Counted from the first letter of the stretch, positions 47,462 to 57,771 are shown. The stretch is 64,000 nucleotides of DNA from Candidatus Caldarchaeum sp. (GCA_038885755.1 JAVZZH010000001.1:96001-160000), one strand, 5' to 3'. Translations and numbers: made by a program. Notes: generated by a model from the sequence alone, not told the origin.

Positions 47462-48183
47462 TTGAGTTGGGCGACGTGGGATCCACGATGGCTGAGGCGA
47501 GAAACTTAGGCGCCGTGGATGAGGGGACGGTTTTGGTGGCTAGAAGCCAGACAGCTGGTGTGGGAAGGCTGGGACGTAGGTGGTACTCACCAACCGGCGG
47601 ACTATGGTTCACGATGATAATATACCCGAGGCAGAGCGCAACCACATCACCGCTGCTAACGCTGATGGCCGCGCTAGCCGTCAGCAGGGGAATAGCCCTA
47701 ACCACAGGCCTCCAGCCAACCATAAGATGGCCTAACGATGTCTACCTCCGCGGCCGGAAGGTGGCCGGCATACTTGCTGAGATGGATGTGGTGGGAGATA
47801 TTGCGACTAGGGCGCTGGTGGGTGTGGGTGTCAACGTCAACTTCAACATTGAGGAGCTTCCACCCGACGTCAGGGGCGAGGCCACCACGCTCATGCATGA
47901 GTTGGGCTCCGAGGTCAGCCTCGAGCTGCTGCTGGCCAATATATTATCGGAGTTTGGAAAGCTCTACGACTCTTTCAAGGCGGGCAGGAGGGTTGAGATA
48001 ATGAAGGATGTTAAGCATGCTATGCAGATGTTGGGCGAGACTGTGAACGTAACCCTTTCACATGGCACCCGGCTGAAAGGTGTTATGGAGGATTTGGATG
48101 AGCTGGGCAGGGTGGTTTTGAAGTTGGACCAAGGTAGGATGTTCCTCTCTCCAGGCGACATTGAGAGGATAGCCACGCTCTAG
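47428..48183 (+). CDS. birA: Biotin-protein ligase (class I, no HTH)
   Basis: QTAGVGRLGRRW, WPND, KVAGIL, GVGVN. Confidence 0.93.
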   Translation: MPVAQKLGIRIVELGDVGSTMAEARNLGAVDEGTVLVARSQTAGVGRLGRRWYSPTGGLWFTMIIYPRQSATTSPLLTLMAALAVSRGIALTTGLQPTIRWPNDVYLRGRKVAGILAEMDVVGDIATRALVGVGVNVNFNIEELPPDVRGEATTLMHELGSEVSLELLLANILSEFGKLYDSFKAGRRVEIMKDVKHAMQMLGETVNVTLSHGTRLKGVMEDLDELGRVVLKLDQGRMFLSPGDIERIATL

Positions 48184-48344
48184 AAACGTTTCTGAGCAGG
48201 TTATGCTGCGGTGAATCCATGCGTGAGCCACAGCATCTAGGGATGTGGAACAGCGGGTTGTAGTTGCCGGAGGTCCAGCCCGTGTGGTCTATACGCTAAG
48301 AAAATGATTTATATAAGGGTCTCGCGATCCTAGCCGCGAGCGAA

Positions 48345-49652
48345 TTGAAAGAAGACGACCTATCTCGCCTCAGGAAGTATGTGAGCTCGGGAATATCACC
48401 ACTTCATCCAATAGTTTTATCCAAGGCCTCCAACGCAATAGTCCAAGACACTGCTGGGAGGCGGTACATAGACTTCACAAGCGGCATAGGCGTAACCAAC
48501 CTGGGCCACGCCAACCCTGAGCTAGTTCAAACCCTGAAGGAGCAGGCTGAGAAGCTGTGGCATATGGCAATACCGGTTGCGGCCTACGAATCAGTTATAA
48601 ACCTTGCAGCAAGCTTAACAGAGATAGCTCCAGGAGCATATCAGAAGAAGGCCGTGTTCTTCAACAGCGGTGCAGAGGCTGTGGAGAATGCGGTGAAAGC
48701 AGTCAGAAAGGCGACCAAACGGCAGATAATCATAGCTTTCGAAAACTCCTTCCACGGCAGGACAGCTCTCACCATGGCCCTCACTGGAAAGTACATGCCT
48801 TACAAGGTTGACTTCGAACCCTTCGCACCCGGTGTGGAGCTGGTCCCCTATCCTTACTGCTACCGATGCCCCTTCGGCCACGAGTATCCACCCTGTTGTA
48901 TGCAGACAGTGGAATATCTTAGGAATCATTTTGTACACACCAGGGTTCATGGTGATAAGGTAGCCGCTGTTATAGCTGAGCCTATTCAGGGCGAAGGCGG
49001 ATTCATAGTTCCGCCTGACAACTTCTTCAAGGAGTTGAAATCCTTTCTTGACGAGTATGGCATCAAGTTGATTGTTGATGAGGTGCAGACCGGGTTTGGG
49101 AGGACTGGGAAGATGTTTGCGGTGGAGCATTTCGGAGTAGAGCCCGACCTGATTACTGTGGGGAAGGCTATAGCCAACGGCCTTCCGTTATCTGGTGTTG
49201 TTGGGAGAGCTGAGATTCTTGACAGCCTGCATCCCGGCGGGTTTGGCGGGACTTACGTGGGCAACCCCGTGGCCTGCGCTGTAGCCACGAAGGTCATTGA
49301 GATTTTCAGGCGTGAAAGACTCCATGAGAGGGCGGCTAGACTTGGCGCTTTAGCTGAGAAGAAGCTCCGTGAGATGTTCGACGAGTATCCGCTGATAGGC
49401 GATGTGCGGGGGAAGGGGCTGATGCTGGCCATGGAGCTGGTCGCGGACAGGCGGTCAAAGAAGCCGGCCGAGAAAGCAACGAGGCTGGTTGTGGAGAAGG
49501 CGAGGCAGAGGGGTCTGCTGCTGCTGAAAGCCGGTCTCTATAACAACGTCATCCGTCTCCATCCACCTATAACAATAGAGGATGAGACGTTTGCGAGTGG
49601 GTTGGACATACTGGAGGAAACGGTCAAGGAAGTTTCCAAAGAAGAAAGCTAG
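48345..49652 (+). CDS. gabT: Class III aminotransferase (4-aminobutyrate / beta-alanine aminotransferase-like)
   Basis: NSGAEAVENA, FHGRT, EPIQGEGG, DEVQTGFGRTG, GK, GGT. Confidence 0.85.
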   Translation: MKEDDLSRLRKYVSSGISPLHPIVLSKASNAIVQDTAGRRYIDFTSGIGVTNLGHANPELVQTLKEQAEKLWHMAIPVAAYESVINLAASLTEIAPGAYQKKAVFFNSGAEAVENAVKAVRKATKRQIIIAFENSFHGRTALTMALTGKYMPYKVDFEPFAPGVELVPYPYCYRCPFGHEYPPCCMQTVEYLRNHFVHTRVHGDKVAAVIAEPIQGEGGFIVPPDNFFKELKSFLDEYGIKLIVDEVQTGFGRTGKMFAVEHFGVEPDLITVGKAIANGLPLSGVVGRAEILDSLHPGGFGGTYVGNPVACAVATKVIEIFRRERLHERAARLGALAEKKLREMFDEYPLIGDVRGKGLMLAMELVADRRSKKPAEKATRLVVEKARQRGLLLLKAGLYNNVIRLHPPITIEDETFASGLDILEETVKEVSKEES

Positions 49653-50221
49653 GCGGGGCCGACATATCTACTCACCGCATCTACTATTTGACGCCTAGTC
49701 GAGACGTAGACCGCTACCACGGCCTTCACCGCATCCCACACTAGAAATGGTATCATGCCAAGGGCAGCTGCCTGAGAAAGACTATCCATGGCCGGCAACC
49801 CCCTGCTGAGGGCTAGCCATGCGGCCAGCCATGGGACACCAACTAAGTATATCAGGGCCTCGGCGGCCGCAGCGCCAGCCACCGCTCCCACAATCTTCCC
49901 CAGTCCTATGCGCCGGTAGACGTAGCCCGATAGGGCTGCGGCAAAAGGGAAAGCTAGGAGATACCCGCCGGTGGGCCCTAGGAAGACACCCCACCCGCCC
50001 CTGAAGTTAGCGAAGACGGGAAGCCCAACAGCGCCCATCAGTAGGTAGACTACGATTGATAAGAACCCTACACGCGGACCGCCAACCATTCCTGCCAAGA
50101 GAATGAAGAGTGTCTGAAATGTGAAGGGTACGGTCGATGTGGGGATAGAAAGCGGGGACGCGGCAGCGGTCAAAGCTGCGAAAAATATGGACAAGACAAG
50201 CTGTTGTCTTCTCAGAGTCAA
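49649..50221 (-). CDS. bioY: Biotin transporter BioY
   Basis: VPFTFQ, GLPVF, GPTGGYL, PF..D. Confidence 0.93.
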   Translation of the reverse strand: MTLRRQQLVLSIFFAALTAAASPLSIPTSTVPFTFQTLFILLAGMVGGPRVGFLSIVVYLLMGAVGLPVFANFRGGWGVFLGPTGGYLLAFPFAAALSGYVYRRIGLGKIVGAVAGAAAAEALIYLVGVPWLAAWLALSRGLPAMDSLSQAAALGMIPFLVWDAVKAVVAVYVSTRRQIVDAVSRYVGPA

Positions 50222-50387
50222 CTCGACAGGAGCGCACGAGGGATGTATATAGATTTTTCAGAGTATTATCGGTGTTCCGCAGATTTTATTAACGTTTGTT
50301 AAAATCCATCGAGCTATGTAATGGCATATCTAGCGTGGGGGAGATTTGTCAAAATGCTTATATATCTTCTATTAACCCTTAAACACG

Positions 50388-51905
50388 ATGGTTAGGAAAA
50401 AGTTCGAATATCACATATCCAACGCATCCGAAGTTTCAGCTGCATCGACAGATCCCGCCTCATACACACCGCCTGTAGCCAGAGTTAGCAGGAGAACAGT
50501 CTTGGGGATTGGAGCCGCAGCTGCTGTGGTGGCGGTTGCTGGAGGCGTGGCGGCGTTCTTGGCATCGCGTCCACCAACCCAACCCACGACACAGACAACA
50601 CCAACAGCTACTACGCCAGCCCAGATAACGCTAAGGACCAACGAACAGTCATACATGGTGGATGAGAACAAGATAAAGGCCTTCAAAGAGCAGGTGGGCA
50701 TTCAGCTGGAGGCAGATATACGACCAATAGATGAGGCTCGCGCGATAATGCTGGACCCAGCCAACGCCTCAAAATACGATATCTACGGCATAGACACCAG
50801 CAGCCTCTTGGCGATAAAAGCTGCTGGCGTTACGAAAAACTATCCCCCCAGCGATGTTCCGAGGTGGGTTAGGGGCCCCATTGATCCAATATTCACCGCA
50901 CCAGAGACCAACATAGGAACTAAGGTGCCTCCACCAATCGGCCCAACAGGCGAATACATAGCCAAGAGTATGATGTATCCAACCATGTGGGCTGCCTCAC
51001 CAGATGCGACCAACAAGATGGATGACTATGGAATGAAGGACAAGCTCTTCTTCATATCTCCGATTGACTGGAACTACGACTCGGTGCTCTGGAATCCCAA
51101 GTATATCAACCTACCTTATGACCCGGCCACAGGCATATCCACTGGCTCTTGGGGGGTTCTTGTTGACCGCCAGTACAAAGGCAGGGTTGGCTTCCAAGAC
51201 ATTCCAACGATCTCCACCAACCATTACATACTGATAATGATAGCAAACAAGCTGATAGAGCCACTGGAACGGGGACCAAACGACTTAACCCCCGCTGAGA
51301 TTAAGAAGCTGGTGGACTGGCTTATCGACCACAAGAAGGCGGGCCAGTTCAGGGTATTCTGGAACGACTTCGCCCAGATAGTGAGCCTCCACGTGCAGGA
51401 GGAGATCTGGGTTTCCGACGGCTGGCAGCCAGTTGAGATGTATGTACGCAACAGCGGCGGCATAGGGTTCTACCTAGAGCCCAACGAAGGATACCGGAAC
51501 TGGCTGGATGGCGTCGCACCGACGATAGCTACACCCAACTACGCCGCAGTCATGAATTACATCGACTGGAAGTACAGCGGATGGTTCGCCCAGTATAAGG
51601 CTAAGTGGCTTGGCTACTATACTCCAAACTGGGAGTCGGATGAGGTTAAGCAGACGATGGGGCCGGAGCACTGGGGCTGGTTCTACAAAGCCGACCCAAC
51701 CTTCATAGAAGTGCCTGTGGAGGAGCATGCGGCGTTCGACCCTGTTTCCTACGATTGGAAGATGTCCGGCTCACCCAACCCCAAGGGATATAGGCGGGAC
51801 GGCGGAGACATCAAAAGGCATAACGAGAGGGTTTCCACTTGGCAGCGGTGGCCTCACGACGCTGACGCCTATATAAAGGAGTGGACTAGGCTCAGAGCTG
51901 CTTGA
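50388..51905 (+). CDS. PotD/PotF-like ABC substrate-binding protein with Tat signal
   Basis: Twin-arginine SRRTVL plus hydrophobic helix and Thr/Pro linker; EGYRNW, RDGG; heads the ABC operon. Confidence 0.85.
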   Translation: MVRKKFEYHISNASEVSAASTDPASYTPPVARVSRRTVLGIGAAAAVVAVAGGVAAFLASRPPTQPTTQTTPTATTPAQITLRTNEQSYMVDENKIKAFKEQVGIQLEADIRPIDEARAIMLDPANASKYDIYGIDTSSLLAIKAAGVTKNYPPSDVPRWVRGPIDPIFTAPETNIGTKVPPPIGPTGEYIAKSMMYPTMWAASPDATNKMDDYGMKDKLFFISPIDWNYDSVLWNPKYINLPYDPATGISTGSWGVLVDRQYKGRVGFQDIPTISTNHYILIMIANKLIEPLERGPNDLTPAEIKKLVDWLIDHKKAGQFRVFWNDFAQIVSLHVQEEIWVSDGWQPVEMYVRNSGGIGFYLEPNEGYRNWLDGVAPTIATPNYAAVMNYIDWKYSGWFAQYKAKWLGYYTPNWESDEVKQTMGPEHWGWFYKADPTFIEVPVEEHAAFDPVSYDWKMSGSPNPKGYRRDGGDIKRHNERVSTWQRWPHDADAYIKEWTRLRAA

Positions 51906-51933
51906 AATCCACCATCCTCCCCTTTTTCGGGTT

Positions 51934-53052
51934 TTGCCAATGTCCAACAGTGTGGAAGCTGAAAACCTGACAAAGAGATTTGGAAAAACAGTTGCCGTGA
52001 ATAACGTATCCTTTAAGATCAGGAAGGGCGAGTTCTTCTGCATCATAGGGCCGAGCGGATGTGGTAAGACGACAACACTCAGGCTTGTGGCCGGCCTTAT
52101 ACGGCCCGACAGCGGCAAGATATACATAAATGGCGTGGACTACACCAACGTCCCAACACACAAGCGGCCACTGTCAATGGTTTTCCAGACATGGGCGCTT
52201 TTCCCCCACATGACGGTTTATGAGAATGTTGAGTTCGGCCTCAAGATGCGTAATTTAAGCGAGGCCGAGAGGAGGGAGGCCATCAAGTGGGCTTTAGGAC
52301 TTGTTAAGATGGAGGATTTCGCCCACCGGAAGCCTAGAGAGCTTAGCGGGGGGCAGCAGCAACGCGTGGGTATAGCGAGGGCATTGGTGGTCAGGCCTGA
52401 GATACTGTTGTTGGACGAGCCCCTGGGCAACCTCGACTTCAAGCTCCAGCTATGGCTACAGGAGGAGTTGAAGCGGATTCACAAGGTTACTGGCGTTACA
52501 TTCCTGTATGTCACGCATGACCAGAGACAGGCTATGGCGATGGGTGACACGATTATGGTTATGAACATGGGTGTTATCGAGCAGATGGGAACACCTATTG
52601 AACTCTACTCAAACCCCAGCAGTGTGTTTGTAGCCAAGTTCGTGGGCGAGTCCAACATACTCGAGGGAATGGTGAGAGCGGTCGAGGGTGGAAAAGCCTT
52701 GGTGGAGACCCCGCTCACTAACTTTCATCTCCCCAACAACGAGGTTAAGACCGGTGACAGGGTCTGGGTCTTCTGGCGGCCAGAGGACACTTACTTAGGA
52801 CGGGACGCTGAGAGCTCTGAATACAAGTTCAACGGCGAGGTTGTGGACGTGACTACGGCCGGGTCGGTCACAAACTATAAGATTTCAGTCGGCGGACATT
52901 TATTGAAAGCAACGGTTAAGGGTCTCCCGATGGACGGCGTGGAAGCAGGTTCCAAGATACTGCTGGGATGCAAGAATTCATGCCTGAAGCTGATCACTAA
53001 GGCAAGCTCCAGCGGCTTGGCAGATGTTGAGCGGATAATATTGGGCGAGTGA
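51934..53052 (+). CDS. ABC transporter ATPase (PotA-like, with TOBE domain)
   Basis: GPSGCGKT, LSGGQQQR, LLLDEP, VTHD. Confidence 0.95.
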   Translation: MPMSNSVEAENLTKRFGKTVAVNNVSFKIRKGEFFCIIGPSGCGKTTTLRLVAGLIRPDSGKIYINGVDYTNVPTHKRPLSMVFQTWALFPHMTVYENVEFGLKMRNLSEAERREAIKWALGLVKMEDFAHRKPRELSGGQQQRVGIARALVVRPEILLLDEPLGNLDFKLQLWLQEELKRIHKVTGVTFLYVTHDQRQAMAMGDTIMVMNMGVIEQMGTPIELYSNPSSVFVAKFVGESNILEGMVRAVEGGKALVETPLTNFHLPNNEVKTGDRVWVFWRPEDTYLGRDAESSEYKFNGEVVDVTTAGSVTNYKISVGGHLLKATVKGLPMDGVEAGSKILLGCKNSCLKLITKASSSGLADVERIILGE

Positions 53053-53055
53053 AAG

Positions 53056-53922
53056 ATGGGTGAGGCTGCCGCACGACAGAGAACGATAACCCCATACCTG
53101 CTGATGGGGCCTATGTTGGCGACGATAATCGTCTTCCTAGTCGTCCCCTTGGTGATGGTTGGGATTGTCAGCTTCTACACACCCACGGGAACAGGCTACG
53201 CACCCGTTGTGAACGTGGCCAGCTATGTCAGGTTTTTCACTGATCCTACCATATACGGGATTCTCCTCAACACACTAGCCTATTCAGCAATAGTGACGGT
53301 TATGGCCTTCATACTGGCCTACCCGATCGCATACTTCCTGACCATGAAGGTCAGGACCTTCAGGGCCAAGACAATACTGCTGATAGCCATGCTGATACCG
53401 TTCTGGATAGACTTCACAACCCGAGCCCTCTCATGGATTCCATGGCTGGGGATACAGGGAATCATCAACCAAGTTCTGATAAGACTCGGAATACTCCAGG
53501 AGCCCTCACCCATATTCCTCTTCTCACCATTCGCCATGCTCCTCGTCATGATTCAGGGCTATACTCTATTCATGATAGCCCCTATCTTCATAGTTATGAG
53601 CAAGATAGATCCAATACTGTATGAGGCCGCTAAAGTCCTCGGAGCATCACCTATAAAAACCTTCTACCACATCAACCTGAGACTCTCACTGCCCGGAATC
53701 GGTGTGGGAACAGTCTTCGTCTTTCTGTCCGCCGTTGCCGATTTCGCAACCCCACGGTTGATAGGCGGCCTGGTCACGAGCATAGGCCAGGTTATCAGGG
53801 ACCAGGTCGTCTTCCTTAACTTACCGCTCGCCTCCGCAATATCCGTGGTCCTCACTATGATTGCGTTAGCTATAGTGATGACGGTGTTCAAGCTCATGAA
53901 TATTAGGCAGGTATTCGAGTAG
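53056..53922 (+). CDS. ABC permease (PotB-like)
   Basis: Six TM segments; EAAKVLGAS loop. Confidence 0.92.
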   Translation: MGEAAARQRTITPYLLMGPMLATIIVFLVVPLVMVGIVSFYTPTGTGYAPVVNVASYVRFFTDPTIYGILLNTLAYSAIVTVMAFILAYPIAYFLTMKVRTFRAKTILLIAMLIPFWIDFTTRALSWIPWLGIQGIINQVLIRLGILQEPSPIFLFSPFAMLLVMIQGYTLFMIAPIFIVMSKIDPILYEAAKVLGASPIKTFYHINLRLSLPGIGVGTVFVFLSAVADFATPRLIGGLVTSIGQVIRDQVVFLNLPLASAISVVLTMIALAIVMTVFKLMNIRQVFE

Positions 53923-53933
53923 GAGGGGCTGGC

Positions 53934-54728
53934 ATGGCTAGGGACGTATCGAAGATAATACTCGCCCTCTACACCGCTGGCATGGTCTTCTTCATATACG
54001 CACCGATAATCACCATGGTACTCTTCTCATTCAACGGCTCGCCTAGGACTGTACCACCGTTCGACGGGCCAAGCCTGAGATGGTACGAGGTACTCTTCAG
54101 TCAGAAGGTTGTATTGCTGGAGGCCTTCACTAGGTCGATCCTGCTAGCTATCCTGACGATGGTGATAGCAACGCCGCTATTCACTTTTGCAGGACTAGCC
54201 TATAGGAAGCGGTTCAAGGGTGATGAGTTTGCCTTCTACCTGGTTACTATAGGCATAATCATGCCCGGGATAACCTACAGCCTAGGCGTCCTGATATTCT
54301 ATAATACCCTGGGAATGAACGTGTCTCTTTGGACAGGGCTCCCAGTCCACCTCGTCTGGTCTGTCCCATGGGGTCTAATACTAGTGAGGGCTATGATAGA
54401 CCCAAACATCATATATTATGAGGAGGCGGCCAAGACCTTGGGCGCCAGCGACTGGCAGATCTTCAGAAGAATAACCCTCCCCCTCTTCATCCCAGCTATA
54501 TTGGGTGGAGCCCTGTTCGCCTTCACCCTCTCGTTTACAGAGCTCATACGAAGCATCTTCGTAGTATCACCTAATACGCTGCCCTTACAAGTCTTGGCTG
54601 AGGTGACTGTCTGGGGTGTCTCACCCTACATATTCGCCATCGGAAGCCTCATAGTAATCATCTCCCTGGCACTTCTCCTGTTGGCCGGCTTTCTGTTGAG
54701 GGGCGTTTTTGAGAAGCTCCAGATATGA
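53934..54728 (+). CDS. ABC permease (PotC-like)
   Basis: SLRWY, EEAAKTLGAS, FTLSF. Confidence 0.92.
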   Translation: MARDVSKIILALYTAGMVFFIYAPIITMVLFSFNGSPRTVPPFDGPSLRWYEVLFSQKVVLLEAFTRSILLAILTMVIATPLFTFAGLAYRKRFKGDEFAFYLVTIGIIMPGITYSLGVLIFYNTLGMNVSLWTGLPVHLVWSVPWGLILVRAMIDPNIIYYEEAAKTLGASDWQIFRRITLPLFIPAILGGALFAFTLSFTELIRSIFVVSPNTLPLQVLAEVTVWGVSPYIFAIGSLIVIISLALLLLAGFLLRGVFEKLQI

Positions 54729-54767
54729 GATCCACTCAATGGGTCAGAGGCTTGGGTTGAGGTCCAG

Positions 54768-56549
54768 ATGTCTAGGGTGAGACCGACCGACATACCTTCC
54801 GAAAGCCAGATGATAGTATCCTCCATCATCAAGGAGCAGCTGGAACAAGAAAAGGTCAAGTATACTGGTTTCCAGAGGGGTACGATTCTAAAGGACTATG
54901 CTAGGGTTGTGGAGAAAGACCCCGTCCTATTCCACAGCGAATACGTCGTAAGGTTCACGTATGACATGGTGAGGACCGCCATCGGCCCTTTCGGACAGGA
55001 TAAGATGGTCTCAAAAGATTTAGGGGACTCTCCGCCCACGAGGCATGTCTTCATCACCAACGACATATACGAGTTCTTAAGCCTCCTCGAGTTTAAGCAT
55101 CCCATAGCTAAGATTGTGGTGGACTTGGCCAAGTCAGTTGACTCTGAGGTGGGCGACGGTGTGGCAACTTCGGTCCTGCTGGGTTGCTCGCTCGTCCTTC
55201 GTGGATGTGAGCTAGTTAGACATGGCCTGCATCCCACAACGGTTGTTGACGGCTATGCCAGGGCCCTTAAATTAAGCTTGTTAAGCTTGGAGAGAAACTC
55301 AGTAGCAGTCTCTATGCATGATGAGCGGCTCCTAGAGTCTGTCGCATCCTCGGCCATAAGGAACAAGTCCGCCGAAGGTATAGAGCCCGACGTGGTCAGG
55401 CGTGTAGTTAAAGTCTTCAACAATCTTAGAAACTCTGCCGGTAGCTATCTCGACCTAGCCAATCTGAAGATTGAAAGGACCATAGGGTCATCCCTTGAGG
55501 AGACAATTTTCGTTGACGGCGTGATTCTAAGGAATGAGGTTATACATGATGGTATGCCCAAGAGGGTAGTGGACGGGAAAGTAGCCCTCATATCCAAGCC
55601 GATAGTCACCCGCGACTTTAACAAGCCCATAGGCTATGACGATGTAGTGTTTGAGTTTGAGGAGCCAACCGCATATAGAAGCTATTCGAGTTATAGGGAG
55701 AAAGTTCTCAGAGAGGCTGCCAGCCATATCATCGCCTCGGGTGCAAGCGTCCTTTTCCTCAGTCAGGGGATAGATGAGATAGCTATAGACCTTCTGGTGA
55801 AGAAGGGTATTCTAGCGGTTAGGAGGATAGTCCCCGAAGACATGGAAAGGCTGGCGAGAGCCACCAAAGGCATAATAGTGGCAACTCCATCCCAGCTCAG
55901 GCCCGAGCATCTTGGGAGGGCCCGGCTTGTGGAGGAGAAGAAGATAGGTGATAGCGAGTGGGTCTTCGTCGTTGGTGTGGGTGGTGGAGGTCCACAATCC
56001 ATACTGTTGACAGCCCCTCACGATGAGTATGCCAGGGATGCTGAGCACCTGTTGATGAATTCGCTGAGGGCGCTGGCAAGCCTCCAGAGGGAGCCACGTG
56101 TTGTTGCGGGTGGCGGAGTAGCTCTCTTTGACGCTGCGGTGAATTTGAGGGAATGGGCTTGGAGTGAGGCGGGTAAGACCCCGCTTGCTGTGGAGAAGTT
56201 TGCAGATGCTTTGGAGGATGTCCACAAATCCATTGTGGAGAACGCCGGATATGACGCATTAGAGGTAGCTGCCGAGGTGAGGCGGATGCATGCTGCCGGA
56301 GTCCATGATTATGGGTTTGATGTGATGACGGGCCAGTACGCCCGCTTCATATCAGAGGGTATTCTAGATCCGCTCCCTGTTGTTAGGCAGGCCTTGGTCG
56401 CGGCTTTCGAGTTCGCTGTTCTTGTCCTGAGGACAGACGGCATATACTACATACCGAGGACGAGGAGAGAACTGATGGAGAAGAGAAAGGCTGAGAGGAA
56501 GAGGAAGGGGAAGAGGCCTGGAGACTGGGTTGAGGAGAAACAGTACTAA
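54768..56549 (+). CDS. Divergent group II chaperonin (thermosome-like subunit)
   Basis: GP.G.DKM, ITND, HP.AK, EVGDG, G.HPT, MPKRV, GI.AVRR, VAGGG, ENAG, GILDP. Confidence 0.9.
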   Translation: MSRVRPTDIPSESQMIVSSIIKEQLEQEKVKYTGFQRGTILKDYARVVEKDPVLFHSEYVVRFTYDMVRTAIGPFGQDKMVSKDLGDSPPTRHVFITNDIYEFLSLLEFKHPIAKIVVDLAKSVDSEVGDGVATSVLLGCSLVLRGCELVRHGLHPTTVVDGYARALKLSLLSLERNSVAVSMHDERLLESVASSAIRNKSAEGIEPDVVRRVVKVFNNLRNSAGSYLDLANLKIERTIGSSLEETIFVDGVILRNEVIHDGMPKRVVDGKVALISKPIVTRDFNKPIGYDDVVFEFEEPTAYRSYSSYREKVLREAASHIIASGASVLFLSQGIDEIAIDLLVKKGILAVRRIVPEDMERLARATKGIIVATPSQLRPEHLGRARLVEEKKIGDSEWVFVVGVGGGGPQSILLTAPHDEYARDAEHLLMNSLRALASLQREPRVVAGGGVALFDAAVNLREWAWSEAGKTPLAVEKFADALEDVHKSIVENAGYDALEVAAEVRRMHAAGVHDYGFDVMTGQYARFISEGILDPLPVVRQALVAAFEFAVLVLRTDGIYYIPRTRRELMEKRKAERKRKGKRPGDWVEEKQY

Positions 56550-56557
56550 CTGATACC

Positions 56558-56853
56558 GTCAAGTTATCTTTAGGGGGGTTTGTGAAGCCGCTTTTTGTAG
56601 GTGGTGTTCATCAGGTGGCTTAAAGCTCTTGAGAATAGTGGTAAGGGCCCCGGGATTGCTGAAGCCCTTAAGCCCCCGCCTTAACAGATTCGTAGAACCT
56701 TCGGCGAGAGCAACAGCGTTGAAAGATGGTTTAGAGGCCATGACTGGACGCTTCTCCAACAACTTCCTAGTTAAGGCTCTTCATCTAATGGTGTAGCTTC
56801 ATGAAGCCGCATCAGAACCCTGAAAAGGTCGATAGCAACGCCAATCACTTGAT
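56558..56853 (+). mobile_element. Internally deleted IS6-family remnant (MITE-like)
   Basis: Residual transposase peptide RTFGESNSVERWFR..(fs)..RFSNNF; imperfect inverted ends TCAAGTTAT (56559) and ATCACTTGA (56844). Confidence 0.6.
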
Positions 56854-56889
56854 AACGCTTAAATATTACACGTATACTCCTAATAATAT

Positions 56890-57771
56890 ATGGCTGAGAA
56901 GGAGATATTTGTTGGTTTTGGGGTTGACGTGGATGCCGTTGCTGGTTGGATAGGCTCCTACGGAGGTGAGGACTCGCCGTCAGACATACAACGTGGCATC
57001 TTCGCGGGTGAAGTTGGGACGCCGCGGCTTTTGAAGCTCTTTAAAAAGGTTGGGTTGAAGACAAGTTGGTTTTGGCCAGGACATTCGATAGAGACGTTCC
57101 CCGAGCAGTTCAGGATGTGTGTCGATGAGGGGCATGAGATAGGAGCCCACGGATACACACATGAGAACCCGATAGCTATGACGCCCGAGCAGGAGGAGGC
57201 GGTTCTGGCCAAGTGTGTATCGCTCATAAAAGCTGAGACAGGTAAGAGCCCCCGCGGCTATGTGGCTCCGTGGTGGGAGATGTCTAACAACACTATAGAC
57301 CTACTGCTGAAGTATGGCTTCAAATACGACCACAGTCAGCACCATCATGACTTCCAGCCCTACTACGCTAGAAGGAGGGACACATGGACAAAGATAGACT
57401 ATTCGAAGCACCCCGATACTTGGATGAAACCGCTCATTAGAGGGGCTGAGGTTGACCTCGTGGAAATACCCGGCAACTGGTATATGGATGACCTGCCGCC
57501 CATGATGTTCATAAAGAAAGCGCCCAACAGTCATGGGTGGGTAAGCCCGAGAGATATCGAGATTTTGTGGAGAGACCAGTTCGACTGGGTTTACCGGGAG
57601 TATGACTACGCAGTCTACTGTTTCACAATACATCCCGATGTCAGCGGCAGGCCTCAGAACCTTCTGATGCTCGAGAGGCTGATAAGATACATCAACAAAC
57701 ATAGGGGCGTTATCTGGGCTACGATGGAGGAGATAGCTGAAGATTTTCGAAGGAGACATCCACGTAAGTGA
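56890..57771 (+). CDS. Polysaccharide deacetylase (CE4) family, HP0310/PgdA-like; putative cyclic imide/amide hydrolase
   Basis: [49 protein letters not shown]. Confidence 0.9.
   Translation: MAEKEIFVGFGVDVDAVAGWIGSYGGEDSPSDIQRGIFAGEVGTPRLLKLFKKVGLKTSWFWPGHSIETFPEQFRMCVDEGHEIGAHGYTHENPIAMTPEQEEAVLAKCVSLIKAETGKSPRGYVAPWWEMSNNTIDLLLKYGFKYDHSQHHHDFQPYYARRRDTWTKIDYSKHPDTWMKPLIRGAEVDLVEIPGNWYMDDLPPMMFIKKAPNSHGWVSPRDIEILWRDQFDWVYREYDYAVYCFTIHPDVSGRPQNLLMLERLIRYINKHRGVIWATMEEIAEDFRRRHPRK

Noticed and set aside
50570-50625. Low-complexity ACA/CCA-rich stretch considered as a DNA repeat
   Set aside because: It is explained by the Thr/Pro linker of the substrate-binding protein.
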